64,000 nucleotides of DNA, taken from assembly GCA_963667175.2 (NCBI GenBank), contig CAXXXF010000018.1, positions 1 through 64,000 of the forward strand. Reading direction: 5' to 3'. The notes beneath the pieces are model-generated. The model made no database searches and had not been told where the DNA came from. It saw only the letters and a list, made by a program, of their open reading frames with translations. The position numbers were made by a program, and so were the translations under genes. Within the stretch, counting starts at the first letter, position 1; each line of letters begins with the position of its first letter. Below, piece after piece: positions 9,343 to 19,219 of this stretch. The stretch is from Candidatus Latescibacterota bacterium. Lineage in GTDB: Bacteria; Latescibacterota; UBA2968; GCA-2709665.

Positions 9343-10629
9343 CTAACCGGCTCGCAGGACCGTGTCGATGGCGGCGCGGACGATCTTCTCCGACTTCCCG
9401 GACACGAAGGCGTCCACGGGCTCGTATCCGCCCTCGTCAAAGGACGTTTCCATCGTAATGTATCCCGTTCCCAGGTCTCCGTATCCCGCCACGGCGACGA
9501 AGGCGTCCGGCCGGCTCTCCTGAGCGTGCAACTGGTATTCGATGAAGATCTCACCGGGCAGATTGACCACGGCCACCGCATCGTTCAGGTGCATGCAGGT
9601 GAAGGGGATGGGCCGTTCCCGTCGCCGCACGTACGTCAGCATGAGGGCGGTCTTGCTGTGCACCTTGTCGCCTATACGGGTTGACGCGATCTGCCCCAGC
9701 AGTTTTTCCTCGACGAGGTCCTCTCTCGGGGGCAGCCGCACGGGCTCGACGGTCCAGCGTATCCCTTCCAGCGCCTGGCGCGTACTGCCCTTCTCCGCCT
9801 CGACCATGGCGGAATGAATGCGCCCGGTGAACAGTTCTCGGTTGTCAGCCACGCCGTCGTTGTACTTCCCGGCGGTGACGTTGCCCGCGCACCCGGTGAA
9901 GTATATGTGCGGCGCCCCGCTTTCCGTCGTGCGGCGGTTGCGGGCCAGGCCGACGAACTCGGGCGTGACCAGCCCGGTGCCATCCATGCTGGTTGGATGC
10001 GTGGCATAGTAATGAACGAGGGCCAGCGGCTTATCCTGATGGTAATAGCCGATCGTCTTGAGCATGGGGTCGATGACGCCCTCCGGCGCCGCCCTCACCT
10101 CCGGGTCTGGCGTCTTGGTCCAGCGTACGGCGGCCACCTTCCCGTCCGGCCCCATCACCCGCCTGTTGGAGGCAATCCTGTCGACTCTGGCCTCGCCAGT
10201 GGAAACGTGCGTGCAGGGCTGCAGCCTGTCCATGGCCTCGCCCGCTGCCTCCGCCGCCTGCGTGCGAACGCGTTCAGCCCAGTCTCCGGCCATAATGACG
10301 TCGCGATGGCCGTACGAATCGAGAATATGCTGGGCATCCCGATCAGGCCAGGGTGTATCGTGGGCGTGGGTGCATTGCACGGCCACCCGGTCCGCCCCCG
10401 TGCCCACGGCAACGGCCAGCGCTTCACGCCACCGGTCGTAGTCGCCGTTGCTCAGTTCGGCCCAGTCCAGGGCGCACAGGACCATGGGCGGCTGGTCGTC
10501 CGGCACGATCACCAGGCCCAGGGCGGCCAGCGGGTCCAGGATGCCTTTGGCGGAAGGATACCATCCGGCGCAGAGCGGATGCCCCAGCGGCGGCGTCACG
10601 TCGGATTGAAAGGTGGCGATCTGGATCAT
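9343..10629 (-). CDS. Neutral/alkaline ceramidase-like hydrolase
   Basis: DVTPPLGHPL, DPL, CTHAH, YATHP, YFTGCAGN and LPGEIFIEY motifs. Confidence 0.7.
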   Translation of the reverse strand: MIQIATFQSDVTPPLGHPLCAGWYPSAKGILDPLAALGLVIVPDDQPPMVLCALDWAELSNGDYDRWREALAVAVGTGADRVAVQCTHAHDTPWPDRDAQHILDSYGHRDVIMAGDWAERVRTQAAEAAGEAMDRLQPCTHVSTGEARVDRIASNRRVMGPDGKVAAVRWTKTPDPEVRAAPEGVIDPMLKTIGYYHQDKPLALVHYYATHPTSMDGTGLVTPEFVGLARNRRTTESGAPHIYFTGCAGNVTAGKYNDGVADNRELFTGRIHSAMVEAEKGSTRQALEGIRWTVEPVRLPPREDLVEEKLLGQIASTRIGDKVHSKTALMLTYVRRRERPIPFTCMHLNDAVAVVNLPGEIFIEYQLHAQESRPDAFVAVAGYGDLGTGYITMETSFDEGGYEPVDAFVSGKSEKIVRAAIDTVLRAG

Positions 10630-10805
10630 GGCTTCTCCGAATGAGTTGATCCCGGCGCTGTACGTCAGTCTGACCGGCGAAACGCGGGAACCCGGATGTT
10701 CGATACAAAATAGCGGGACGAATGGCAAAGTACGGCGGGGATGATACCCTGTCAACCCGAATCAGCGGATTGCGAACCGGGCAGGCGCGGGAACGCCAAA
10801 CAAGA

Positions 10806-10893
10806 CTCACATGGATGGACAGGATGGGCAGGATAAAATGCAAAAAGCGCGAGAGAACGAGAAGACGAGGAACGGCGGTGAATCGATTCACCA
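10806..10893 (+). repeat. Intergenic repeat (ACATGGATGgAC...GAGGAACGGCGGTGAATCGATTCACCA)
   Basis: Inverted copy at about 46465-46556; ends in the palindrome GGTGAATCGATTCACC. Confidence 0.7.
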
Positions 10894-10909
10894 GACTCCG
10901 AAAACCGCG

Positions 10910-10977
10910 ATCCCTGAGCCCCTGTCCTGAGCTTGCGGTTCCTGAGTTCGGTCCCTGAGCTTGTCGAAGGGCCGGCG
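10910..10977. repeat. REP-like CCCTGAGCTTGTCGAAGGG repeat cluster
   Basis: Same motif at 54106-54128; degenerate inverted copies at about 62720-62750 and 62960-62985. Confidence 0.65.
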
Positions 10978-11018
10978 ACAGCCGATCGTGTTCCCTTATC
11001 TCCGAAAAGGCGGTATAT

Positions 11019-11693
11019 TTGACGCGAACGATCCCGTGCGATCAATCCGAATTGTCTCCATCGAGTACCGCAATAAAGCCGCCTGAAGTCATCAAAATCT
11101 GCAGAAGCGGCGGCATCACGCGCGTTTTCGATCCGCTGCCTGCGATCGATTCTATCAGTATGGGCACGCCGGAGCTTGTTGAATTCCAGGTGGACGGCAA
11201 GGAGAGCTTCAGGGCGGCTCTGATGCTCCCTCCGGGCTTCGACGGAAAGCGACCCCTTCCGGCAATCACCGTGGTTTACGGCGCTTATTCCGTGCTGGCG
11301 CTCCTGACCCAGACAAAACTTTTCAGGGCCGCCGTATGCAACGCGCCGATTGCGAATCTGACCAGTTTCTACAGTCAGCAGGACTGGTACTGGTTCGAGT
11401 CGGGACAGGGAGGAATGGGAAAGCCGCCCTGGGGCGATCCCGATGCGTACGTCCGAAACTCACCGTTGTTCCTTCTGGATCAAATTGAGGCGTCGTTACT
11501 CCTCGTCAACGGCAGCGAGGACACCGCCTCTGCAAGGCAGGCCGAGGAAGTGTTCAACGGCCTGTTGCGGCTCGGGCGGAAGGTGGAGTGGATCCAATAT
11601 GAAGGCGCAGACCATTTCACGCCTGAATGGGAGCACACGAAGTTCGAACATCTGTGCAAAACCATGCTCGACTGGTTCGATGAACACCTGTAG
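11019..11693 (+). pseudogene. Prolyl oligopeptidase (S9) fragment with internal deletion
   Basis: LMLPPGFDGKRPLPAITVVYG runs directly into AYSVLALL, so the GxSxG nucleophile segment is missing; catalytic Asp (GSEDT) and His (GADH) remain; no N-terminal propeller. Confidence 0.75.
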
Positions 11694-11852
11694 GGCGCAA
11701 TTGTCCCGAACAAGCGGAGACATGAAATGAAATTGTACTCTTCTTTTCAATCCATCTCTTGACAAAATCCCTATGCAATGATAACCTTTCGGTATCGAAA
11801 CTGCATCCCACACGGTCTTCCGTGAGTCGCGGCTGCAACTGGAGACACACGG

Positions 11853-12164
11853 ATGGACATCCGCAATATCATACAATCTATAGAAATCCGAAACTATCGT
11901 ATCACCCATCATGCAGTTGAAGAAGCCGGAAATGATCAACTGAATCTTGAAGAGATTTTACATTCACTGTACAATGGTGAAATTATCGAAGATTATCCGC
12001 GCGATGAACCCTCCCCAAGTTGCCTGATATCCGGAGAAAATGCGGAAGGATAGCCAATCCACAGCGTTTGGGCGTACGATGAGAAGAATCAACGGGCGAT
12101 CCTGATCACGGTTTACCGCCCGGACCCAACACGTTGGATCGATTGGCGGGAGAGGAGGAGCTGA
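11853..12164 (+). pseudogene. DUF4258-family toxin with in-frame amber stop
   Basis: ITHHAVEE...GEIIEDYP...PSCLI, then TAG at 12051-12053, and the same frame continues PIHSVWAYD...ILITVYRPDPTRW to TGA 12164, which overlaps the next ATG. Confidence 0.8.
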
Positions 12165-13339
12165 TGATGGCGTCCTTAGAGAAATGTCCGGTTTGTGGCG
12201 GTCCGATTGTTGAGAGGGAATTAGAGAAGACTTCACGTGGAGATGTTGTACGGGAGACGGCAAGAATCCAGACGGACGTCTGCCTTAAATGTGGCGAACG
12301 CCTTTACACGCCGGAGGCAGCACGGCGTCTCGAGAACTCAATATCAAAGTACGAGGCAAGGAAAACGGCAATGGTTCAGAACACGGCGCTTCGTGCCAAA
12401 TTGGAATACGAGGTCTGGTTTCTCAATTTTCTGGAACAGCGAATTGATCGGGCTAGAGAGAACGACCAATGCCCGGTGCTCAGAATCACAAGCGGAGTTG
12501 TACCGTCAAACATCAAGATGACGTTCGTAGAATCACTCTCGAATGATACAGCGCTCATCCATGCGATGATGCCCCTCACACTTGTTGGTTCCTTCAAAGT
12601 GCTCGATATGATCTACGAATGGGTCCTCGAAGAGAATTGCAAATTGGGAAAAATCCGACACGTTCCGTGGCGCTTCACCGATAAGGAAGAGCTACTCAAG
12701 AAAGTATCCAAACTCCAGTTGCCTCCTCTCTTAGTGAAGAATGCATACTTTTTCACCTATTCCAGGGCGCTTTTTTTCACATTGGCGCCATTTCGGAATG
12801 AGATCGTGCACAGCAACAGCTTTTCCGTATCCGGAGACGAATTGACACTGTCAAGTTCGCGAAAGGGCATCACCCTGACCCTTCGCGGAGATCAAGTTGA
12901 CAGTATAGTGCGATTTGTGCGCATACTTGCTCGCGCGCTAATCGGCGAGATTTCTGTCGACGAATACAGGCACAGGGTAATTCGCCACTACCTCGACCTG
13001 CTGGCGCCAGTGCACGGGCTCGCGACATTCAATCAACAGATGCCTCGATTCGCACGCGTGGAACTCACCGTGCCCAGAAAAGGACCCGCTTTTCCGGCGG
13101 ACCTTAAGCAGGTACGGGAATCACTTTCGGCGAGCTTCACGGGCGAGGAAGTTTTCTTTGACTTCAAGGTGCGGGCTGTCGATGGCGACAATCTCGTCGC
13201 CAGATGGCATTTTTCGCCGGATGAAGTGCCGGACGTGGATGTATTGACCCTTTACGAGGAATCGCATAAGGCAAACCGGGTAGAAATCGTTGGACGAAAT
13301 TCGGGATTTATACAAGATAGACACGAGGTGAATCAATGA
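12164..13339 (+). CDS. YgiT/MqsA-type zinc finger fused to a ~320 aa HEPN-motif domain
   Basis: CPVCGG...VCLKCGERLYTPE at the N-terminus; RNEIVH (R-x4-H) in the C-terminal domain; possible internal start at 12371. Confidence 0.7.
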   Translation: MMASLEKCPVCGGPIVERELEKTSRGDVVRETARIQTDVCLKCGERLYTPEAARRLENSISKYEARKTAMVQNTALRAKLEYEVWFLNFLEQRIDRARENDQCPVLRITSGVVPSNIKMTFVESLSNDTALIHAMMPLTLVGSFKVLDMIYEWVLEENCKLGKIRHVPWRFTDKEELLKKVSKLQLPPLLVKNAYFFTYSRALFFTLAPFRNEIVHSNSFSVSGDELTLSSSRKGITLTLRGDQVDSIVRFVRILARALIGEISVDEYRHRVIRHYLDLLAPVHGLATFNQQMPRFARVELTVPRKGPAFPADLKQVRESLSASFTGEEVFFDFKVRAVDGDNLVARWHFSPDEVPDVDVLTLYEESHKANRVEIVGRNSGFIQDRHEVNQ

Positions 13340-13545
13340 TAGATACCGTCATATGGATAAATCTCGCGGGCGTCCTGGCCATACTGGGCTTGGGGTGGCG
13401 TGGATACAGCAAGCTCGACAGCAAGATAGATACCCTGGGCAGCAAGCTGGAGGAAAGAATCGCCAACTTGGGCGAGCGAGTTGCTCGCATCGAGGGCATG
13501 ATGTCTGTGACGTATCGCCACGAGGAGCCGAAGGAACCAACCTGA
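13336..13545 (+). CDS. Small membrane-anchored coiled-coil protein
   Basis: One TM helix followed by LGERVARIEG; ATGA overlap with the previous gene and RBS GAGG. Confidence 0.65.
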   Translation: MIDTVIWINLAGVLAILGLGWRGYSKLDSKIDTLGSKLEERIANLGERVARIEGMMSVTYRHEEPKEPT

Positions 13546-13620
13546 CCGATCAAGTCCTTGCATCTAAGCCGCCTGCCAACCATTCTCCAGACGACCACGC
13601 CCATCCGGTCGATCACGAAA
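13546..13620 (-). pseudogene. Possible IS1595-family transposase 3' remnant
   Basis: IDRMGVVVWRMVGRRLRCKDLIG resembles the ...GMVGKRLRYxDL C-terminus of IS1595 transposases. Confidence 0.4.
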
Positions 13621-14130
13621 TACCCAACCGAGCGTTTTTCCGATCGATCCCTCACGCCTCGCGTCCCCGGTTAGCCCGAAGCGACGTCGCTCTATTCGGG
13701 GGCGTTCCCTTCCGCGTGCCGCACCAGCAAGACTTCCGATGCAGTTCCGACAGTCGCTTCCGTAACTTCAGTATCTTCTCCTGTTTATTTCCCTGTACCG
13801 GACGCCCACGACAACGGTCTTGCCGAACCAAAAAGCGCGACAAAGGCACGAGAAAACGAACATCAGAAACTACGAAACACGCGAAAAAAACGAAAAATTC
13901 CTGGCTGAAGTTAGTTGCCATAAGAGGAGCAAAACCACAATGTTGCGCGTCAACTTGAAGTCCCATCGTTACGCCGACCAACCCGAATCCGGACGTGTCA
14001 GGTTTTTTGAAACTTCCTCCGCTAATCTTATTGAAAATCAACCGATTATACAACAAACCCACCAATTTTCATGAATAACTCGGATCCTGTTGATTGCATG
14101 TCATTATTCCACGTCATTTCAATATCCAAC

Positions 14131-14158
14131 TTGACACCGGTCAGGAATATAGTATACT
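14131..14158 (+). promoter_or_regulatory. Putative sigma70 promoter of the DUF5131-TcmP gene
   Basis: TTGACA-16 nt-TATACT. Confidence 0.5.
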
Positions 14159-14320
14159 AATGTGCATCATTGGATGATTTCAAGACTGGTTTCGTGACTT
14201 CCAGGTATTGGTTGTTTCCCGCAAAGTCCGTATCATTCATACGTTTGTTGTTCTGGTTTGTTGATTTCATCCTGTTTCTCCCGTGCATCCATGTTTCCTG
14301 TCTGAGCAAAGGGAATCTCA

Positions 14321-16000
14321 ATGTCCCGGAAGAGCGCCATCGAGTGGACCAACGCGACCTGGAATCCGGTGACCGGATGCACGAAAGTCAGCGCCGGGTG
14401 CGACCACTGTTATGCCGAACGGCTCTCGGAGCGATTTCGCGGCGTCGCGGGGCACCCGTTCGAGACCGGCTTCGATCTGACGCTTCGACCCGCACGCCTG
14501 GAACAACCCCTGGGGTGGCGGCGGCCGCAACTCATTTTCGTCAATTCGATGAGCGATTTGTTCCACAAGGAGATTCCTGTGGACTACATTCATCGCGTTT
14601 TCGACACCATAGAACGCGCGGACTGGCACATCTACCAGGTGTTGACGAAGCGCAGTTCCCTGATGCGCCGCTTTGTCGAAGAACGGTATCCGAACGGACG
14701 TGCGCCATCACACATCTGGCTCGGCGTCTCCATCGAGAACGACACGGCGCTCACGCGGCTCAGGCATCTCAAAGAGACCAACGCATCGGTCCGATTTGTC
14801 TCGTTCGAGCCCTTGCTCGGCCCGATTGGGACGGTGAATCTTGAGGATATTCACTGGGTGATCGCGGGAGGGGAAAGCGGGCCCGGCGCCCGCCCGGTCG
14901 AGGCGGAGTGGGTACGTGAATTGCGGGACCAGTGCGAGACCCAGCAAGTCGCCTTCTTCTTCAAACAATGGGGCGGGCGGACCCCGAAAGCGAACGGCAA
15001 TACGCTGGATGGAAAACAGTGGATGGCGTATCCGGAGATTGAGCGCGGGGAAAAATTCGACTCAGCACTGCAAGCGGCCGGTGCGCCAGGAGGAGATGAA
15101 AAGGAGCCGATGGATGTGGGCCCGTGGGTGCAGGAGAAGCTCTCGTGCCTTCGAAAATATCTCAACGCGTATACAACAATACTCAGGAAGCAACAGTGGA
15201 TAGAGGGGTTCTTCTACGTAGATGCCTTTGCTGGATCGGGAACGCTCAAGATCCGTTGCGAACGAGCAGACTACAGCACTCAAGAACTGCTACTTGAAAT
15301 CTCCGATTACGCAGTCACGGATCCCGGTGAAGCCGAGTATATCAGTGGTTCTCCGATGGTTGCTCTGGAACTGGATATACCCTTTACCGACTATGCATTT
15401 GTTGAAGTCGACCGACAGCGATTAAGTCAACTTCGCAGGCTAAAGAAGAGGTATGAGCGAACAGACCTACAAATCCATCTGCACGAAGGAGATTGCAACG
15501 ACTATCTGCGCCGGTTGCTTGATAAGAGCAGATACAAGTGGCGTCGTTGGCGTGGTGTCATTTTCCTGGATCCGTTTGGTATGCACGTACCGTGGGATAC
15601 CATAGTCGAAATAGGTAAGACCAACGCTATTGAGGTCTTTATCAATTTTCCCGTAGGTATGGCAATCCAGCGCCTGCTTAAGAAAAGTGGGCAGTTCACA
15701 GAAAAGGAGCGAACCAAACTCAACGAATATTTCGGGACCGACGAGTGGTTCGATCTTCTCTACGAAGAGGATCAAGATTTATTCGGAGACACCGTCACGA
15801 AGATACGCAATTCGGGGGATGTTCTCGTCAAGTGGTATCGCAAACGACTCAAAGAGGTATTTCCACATGTCTCGACCGCTCGGGAGATTCAGGCCACAAG
15901 TGGGCGTCCGTTGTACTATCTCATTTTCGCCGGACCAAATAAGACGGGGGCAAAGATCGCGGATGAAGTCCTGAGACAGGGCGCGAGACGCGTCAGATAA
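14321..16000 (+). CDS. Fusion of phage Gp37/Gp68 (DUF5131) radical-SAM-like domain and three-Cys-motif partner (TcmP) methyltransferase-like domain
   Basis: IEWTNATWNPVTGCTKVSAGCDHCYA (Cx6Cx2C), WVIAGGESG and FFFKQWGG, then in frame VGPWVQEKL, YVDAFAGSG, GSP and IFLDPFG. Confidence 0.85.
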   Translation: MSRKSAIEWTNATWNPVTGCTKVSAGCDHCYAERLSERFRGVAGHPFETGFDLTLRPARLEQPLGWRRPQLIFVNSMSDLFHKEIPVDYIHRVFDTIERADWHIYQVLTKRSSLMRRFVEERYPNGRAPSHIWLGVSIENDTALTRLRHLKETNASVRFVSFEPLLGPIGTVNLEDIHWVIAGGESGPGARPVEAEWVRELRDQCETQQVAFFFKQWGGRTPKANGNTLDGKQWMAYPEIERGEKFDSALQAAGAPGGDEKEPMDVGPWVQEKLSCLRKYLNAYTTILRKQQWIEGFFYVDAFAGSGTLKIRCERADYSTQELLLEISDYAVTDPGEAEYISGSPMVALELDIPFTDYAFVEVDRQRLSQLRRLKKRYERTDLQIHLHEGDCNDYLRRLLDKSRYKWRRWRGVIFLDPFGMHVPWDTIVEIGKTNAIEVFINFPVGMAIQRLLKKSGQFTEKERTKLNEYFGTDEWFDLLYEEDQDLFGDTVTKIRNSGDVLVKWYRKRLKEVFPHVSTAREIQATSGRPLYYLIFAGPNKTGAKIADEVLRQGARRVR

Positions 16001-16212
16001 GTGGAGGAAGTATCGATAATGGGCTTATTGGAGTGATTGAAATTGCGTTTTGAGGAGTATAATATAACGGCGGCGAGAGTGGTATCAATATGAGGCCACA
16101 GGAGGACTGCTGAATTAATCAATGGGCGGACTGACTATAAAGTCGGGTGGGCGACGCCTCCAAGGGATTGATTACAACGACATGCTCGTATAAATCACAA
16201 CGGAGGCTAAAT

Positions 16213-17475
16213 GTGAGCTTCAACTGGCACCCTGAAGAACCTCCACCTTTCATCGACGCACACAGCAAAGCGAAGCTGGACGTATTGCGCAGTTACCTTC
16301 GCGCCTATTTCGATACATTGAATGTCTATCCAGGTCAAGATGAATTCAAACTCGATCTTGTGGATGGATTTGCCGGTGGTGGTACGTTTCGGGACGGTGA
16401 TGAGGTTGTCTCTGGTACACCCTTGATAATGCTGGAAGAATGCGATGGGGCAACTGAAAGGTTGAATAAGAATCGCAGCAAGCGACTGCGAATCGACTGC
16501 ACATGCTATTTTATCGAAAAAGAAGCCGCACACACGGATCATCTCAGAGTGGTACTAAAGGAGCGAGGATACGTCGTAAATGAAGACAAGATCGTGGTTC
16601 GAAACAGCCTTTTTGAAGACGAAGTCGATAACATCCTGGCGGAAATTAAGCGCCGCCAACCTCGTGCCGGCCGCGCGATCTTTCTACTCGATCAGACCGG
16701 ATTTTCACAGGTGCAACTTAAGATTGTAGCCAAGATAATGGATGAACTGCCGGCGGCAGAGGTGATCTTGACATTTGCCGCAGATGCGCTGGTCAACTTT
16801 CTATCGGAAAGATCGTCACTAATAAAGGCCGTCAAGCCACTCGAATTGTCCGAGCGGCAAATTAACGACATGCTTGAATTCAAGGACATTCATAGAGGAA
16901 GAGCCCTGATTCAAAGGGCACTGCGCAAGCATATTCGTAACAATACGGGCGCGCAGTTCGACACACCCTTCTTCATTCGCCCGGGTCGATCGCGTCGCGC
17001 TTTGTGGTTTCTTCATCTGTCAAAACATCCTAAGGCTCGTGACGTCATGATTCAACGCCACTGGGACATTCAGAATACATTTGAACACTATGGTACCGGT
17101 GATTTCGACATGCTGGGTTGGGACACATTGAAGACCTCCGCATTAATGCCCCTGTTCAACTTTGCGGAATTCGATTACAAGCAAATGCATAGGCAACTTC
17201 AAATCGCGATGCCGGAGGAGCTTTTCAGTTTGGTTTCTGAAGGACCTGTCACGGTAGACGCCATGCACCGTCGATTTGCCAACAGAACGGCTGCTCGTTT
17301 TTCGGATATTGATTCAGTCGTTTTAAAGCTTTTTCGTGAACACGAAATTGAGATTCTGGGGGACAACCACAAAGTTCGTGCATCTTCGCTACGCAACCTT
17401 CGCGGGGTTGACAGAATCGTAATGCCCAAACAGACGCGCATCTTTTTCGATGATTCGCGTGGAATTTGGCCTTAA
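16213..17475 (+). CDS. Second three-Cys-motif partner (TcmP-like) protein
   Basis: GTG start after GGAGG; HSKAKLDVLRSYL, VDGFAGGG, GTPLIML and IFLLDQTG motifs. Confidence 0.8.
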   Translation: MSFNWHPEEPPPFIDAHSKAKLDVLRSYLRAYFDTLNVYPGQDEFKLDLVDGFAGGGTFRDGDEVVSGTPLIMLEECDGATERLNKNRSKRLRIDCTCYFIEKEAAHTDHLRVVLKERGYVVNEDKIVVRNSLFEDEVDNILAEIKRRQPRAGRAIFLLDQTGFSQVQLKIVAKIMDELPAAEVILTFAADALVNFLSERSSLIKAVKPLELSERQINDMLEFKDIHRGRALIQRALRKHIRNNTGAQFDTPFFIRPGRSRRALWFLHLSKHPKARDVMIQRHWDIQNTFEHYGTGDFDMLGWDTLKTSALMPLFNFAEFDYKQMHRQLQIAMPEELFSLVSEGPVTVDAMHRRFANRTAARFSDIDSVVLKLFREHEIEILGDNHKVRASSLRNLRGVDRIVMPKQTRIFFDDSRGIWP

Positions 17476-17571
17476 TATCAAGGATCCCACAGAAACTTAC
17501 AATTCCTCGGTTTTCGACCACTACGTCCAAGTTCGAAAACTCGTCAACGGTTGACAATTGGGAGAACTGAT

Positions 17572-17769
17572 ATGTTCGACATTGATGCACTGCTGGAGAA
17601 AAACCCGGACGCAAGGAAGGTCTTCGAAAAAAACCAGGCATTGCTTTCGAAATGCCCACCGGCTAGGAAAGCAAAATACCGGCTTGGCGACACTTATGGA
17701 TCTCAGCGTCCGGTTGACGACACGCCTGTCAGGGAACCCAGGCCGAAGGCGAGATACGTCGTGAACTGA
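17572..17769 (+). CDS. Small hypothetical protein
   Basis: ATG after GGAGA; 65 aa; followed by a terminator. Confidence 0.5.
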   Translation: MFDIDALLEKNPDARKVFEKNQALLSKCPPARKAKYRLGDTYGSQRPVDDTPVREPRPKARYVVN

Positions 17770-17793
17770 CGTTCATTCGTGGAACAAAAGAGA

Positions 17794-17824
17794 AGAAGCC
17801 GGGGCTGCGAGGGCCTCGGCTTTT
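17794..17824 (+). terminator. Rho-independent terminator
   Basis: AAGCCGGGGC-loop-GCCTCGGC followed by TTTT. Confidence 0.55.
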
Positions 17825-17947
17825 GCATTGGAGATTCAACCGGGAAACGTCTCTTCGACGCATCGCCTCGGGGCACGCGACTGTCCACCACCGCCTCGCC
17901 CGGCCCAATCCCTGAGGCGTTTCTTACTCAATACCCGATACACGACC

Positions 17948-18505
17948 TCACGCGGTTAAGAAAATTTCGTCGAGGCTGATTCTGAAGCCACCCAATGTGG
18001 GCGAAGTAAACTCCTCCCCTTCGCTGTAGACGTCCACAAACTCGAATCCTCGTTCACCGAGCAGCAAAACCGTTACGTCTTTTGCGGTGGTGTCCACCAT
18101 CAAGTACTCTGTCACGCCGTGCCTGGCATACAGTTTGCGTTTGAACGTCCTGTCACGTGTGGCCGTGGATGGCGACAGGATTTCAACGACGAGATCCGGG
18201 GCGCCCTGTATATTCTCGGGAGTGATGACGTGGCTGCGCTCATTGGAGATGAAGAGCAGATCGGGCTGCACCACGTCCGTATCCGACAGCACCACGTCGA
18301 ACGGAGCGTGATAGACCCGCCCCATGTTATTTTCGGATGCAAATTGAACCAATCTCCATCCCAGTTGGGCGGAGGCACTCTGGTGAAGTTCTCCGGGAGC
18401 GGGGGTCATGATCAACTCTCCGTCCAATAGTTCATAGCGCTTGTCTTCCGGTGTATTCAGGTAGTCCTGATAAGTAAACTTGACTTCAGGATTGGGGATC
18501 GGCAT
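17948..18505 (-). CDS. Uma2-family endonuclease
   Basis: RYELLDGELIMTPAP, VQPDLLF, GAPDLVVEILSPST, K..LYARHGVTEY. Confidence 0.9.
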   Translation of the reverse strand: MPIPNPEVKFTYQDYLNTPEDKRYELLDGELIMTPAPGELHQSASAQLGWRLVQFASENNMGRVYHAPFDVVLSDTDVVQPDLLFISNERSHVITPENIQGAPDLVVEILSPSTATRDRTFKRKLYARHGVTEYLMVDTTAKDVTVLLLGERGFEFVDVYSEGEEFTSPTLGGFRISLDEIFLTA

Positions 18506-18637
18506 GGGTGCCGTCCTCTCTCTGCCGGTGCATTGCACTTGCCCCGCAGGTTGGAGTCCAATGCAGAACGTCGCAGGAAAAAAACGCATTGATCGCAGGC
18601 TGATGTTGAACCTGTGCTGAGCTTTTGTGGCGCCGGT

Positions 18638-19219
18638 CTAATCCCGCCAACCGTCCGAACAGCTACCGCTTCTATTGCGCCCAAACTGGTCCCGGCTGTT
18701 GTCGGGCGGAGTTCCCTTTCTTCTCTCAAATGCCTTGTGAATCCATTTACGAATGCTTTCCGTTTCCGACTGGTTTAGCCAATTATACTGGCTTGGCCAA
18801 TCATAGATGCACGCGTATCGACCATCTCCCTTGCAATTATCCGCCAGTCTCGGCGGAATCAGGCGAGGTTTGTACGTATCTTCATTGAAGTCTGGATGGC
18901 CCGGGAGGATGATTCCTAGTAGACCACAACGGGAGTTTCTTTTCGTGTCGCGCAAACTGGAACCGATCTCCCAATCCACGTGCTTCCTCTGCCAGGTGCA
19001 ACGGCCTATCAGCACAACAGTCACGGTCGCATCCGCAATGAATCCGTCGCGGATTTTTTGACGAATAGTTTCCGTGGCGAGTCTGTTGTCATCGATGTCG
19101 CCGTCATCGACGGATTTGTCCACGATATCGTCTCCCATTGCGCTGACGAACCCTTCTTTGTATTCCTGGTCGTCGTGGTGAAAACTGATGAAGACCTTGT
19201 GCCTGTCAGTTTGACTCAT
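18638..19219 (-). CDS. TIR-domain protein, ThsB/MTH538 (DUF1863)-like
   Basis: HKVFISFHH, TVTVVLIG, KHVDWEI with the catalytic Glu. Confidence 0.85.
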   Translation of the reverse strand: MSQTDRHKVFISFHHDDQEYKEGFVSAMGDDIVDKSVDDGDIDDNRLATETIRQKIRDGFIADATVTVVLIGRCTWQRKHVDWEIGSSLRDTKRNSRCGLLGIILPGHPDFNEDTYKPRLIPPRLADNCKGDGRYACIYDWPSQYNWLNQSETESIRKWIHKAFERRKGTPPDNSRDQFGRNRSGSCSDGWRD

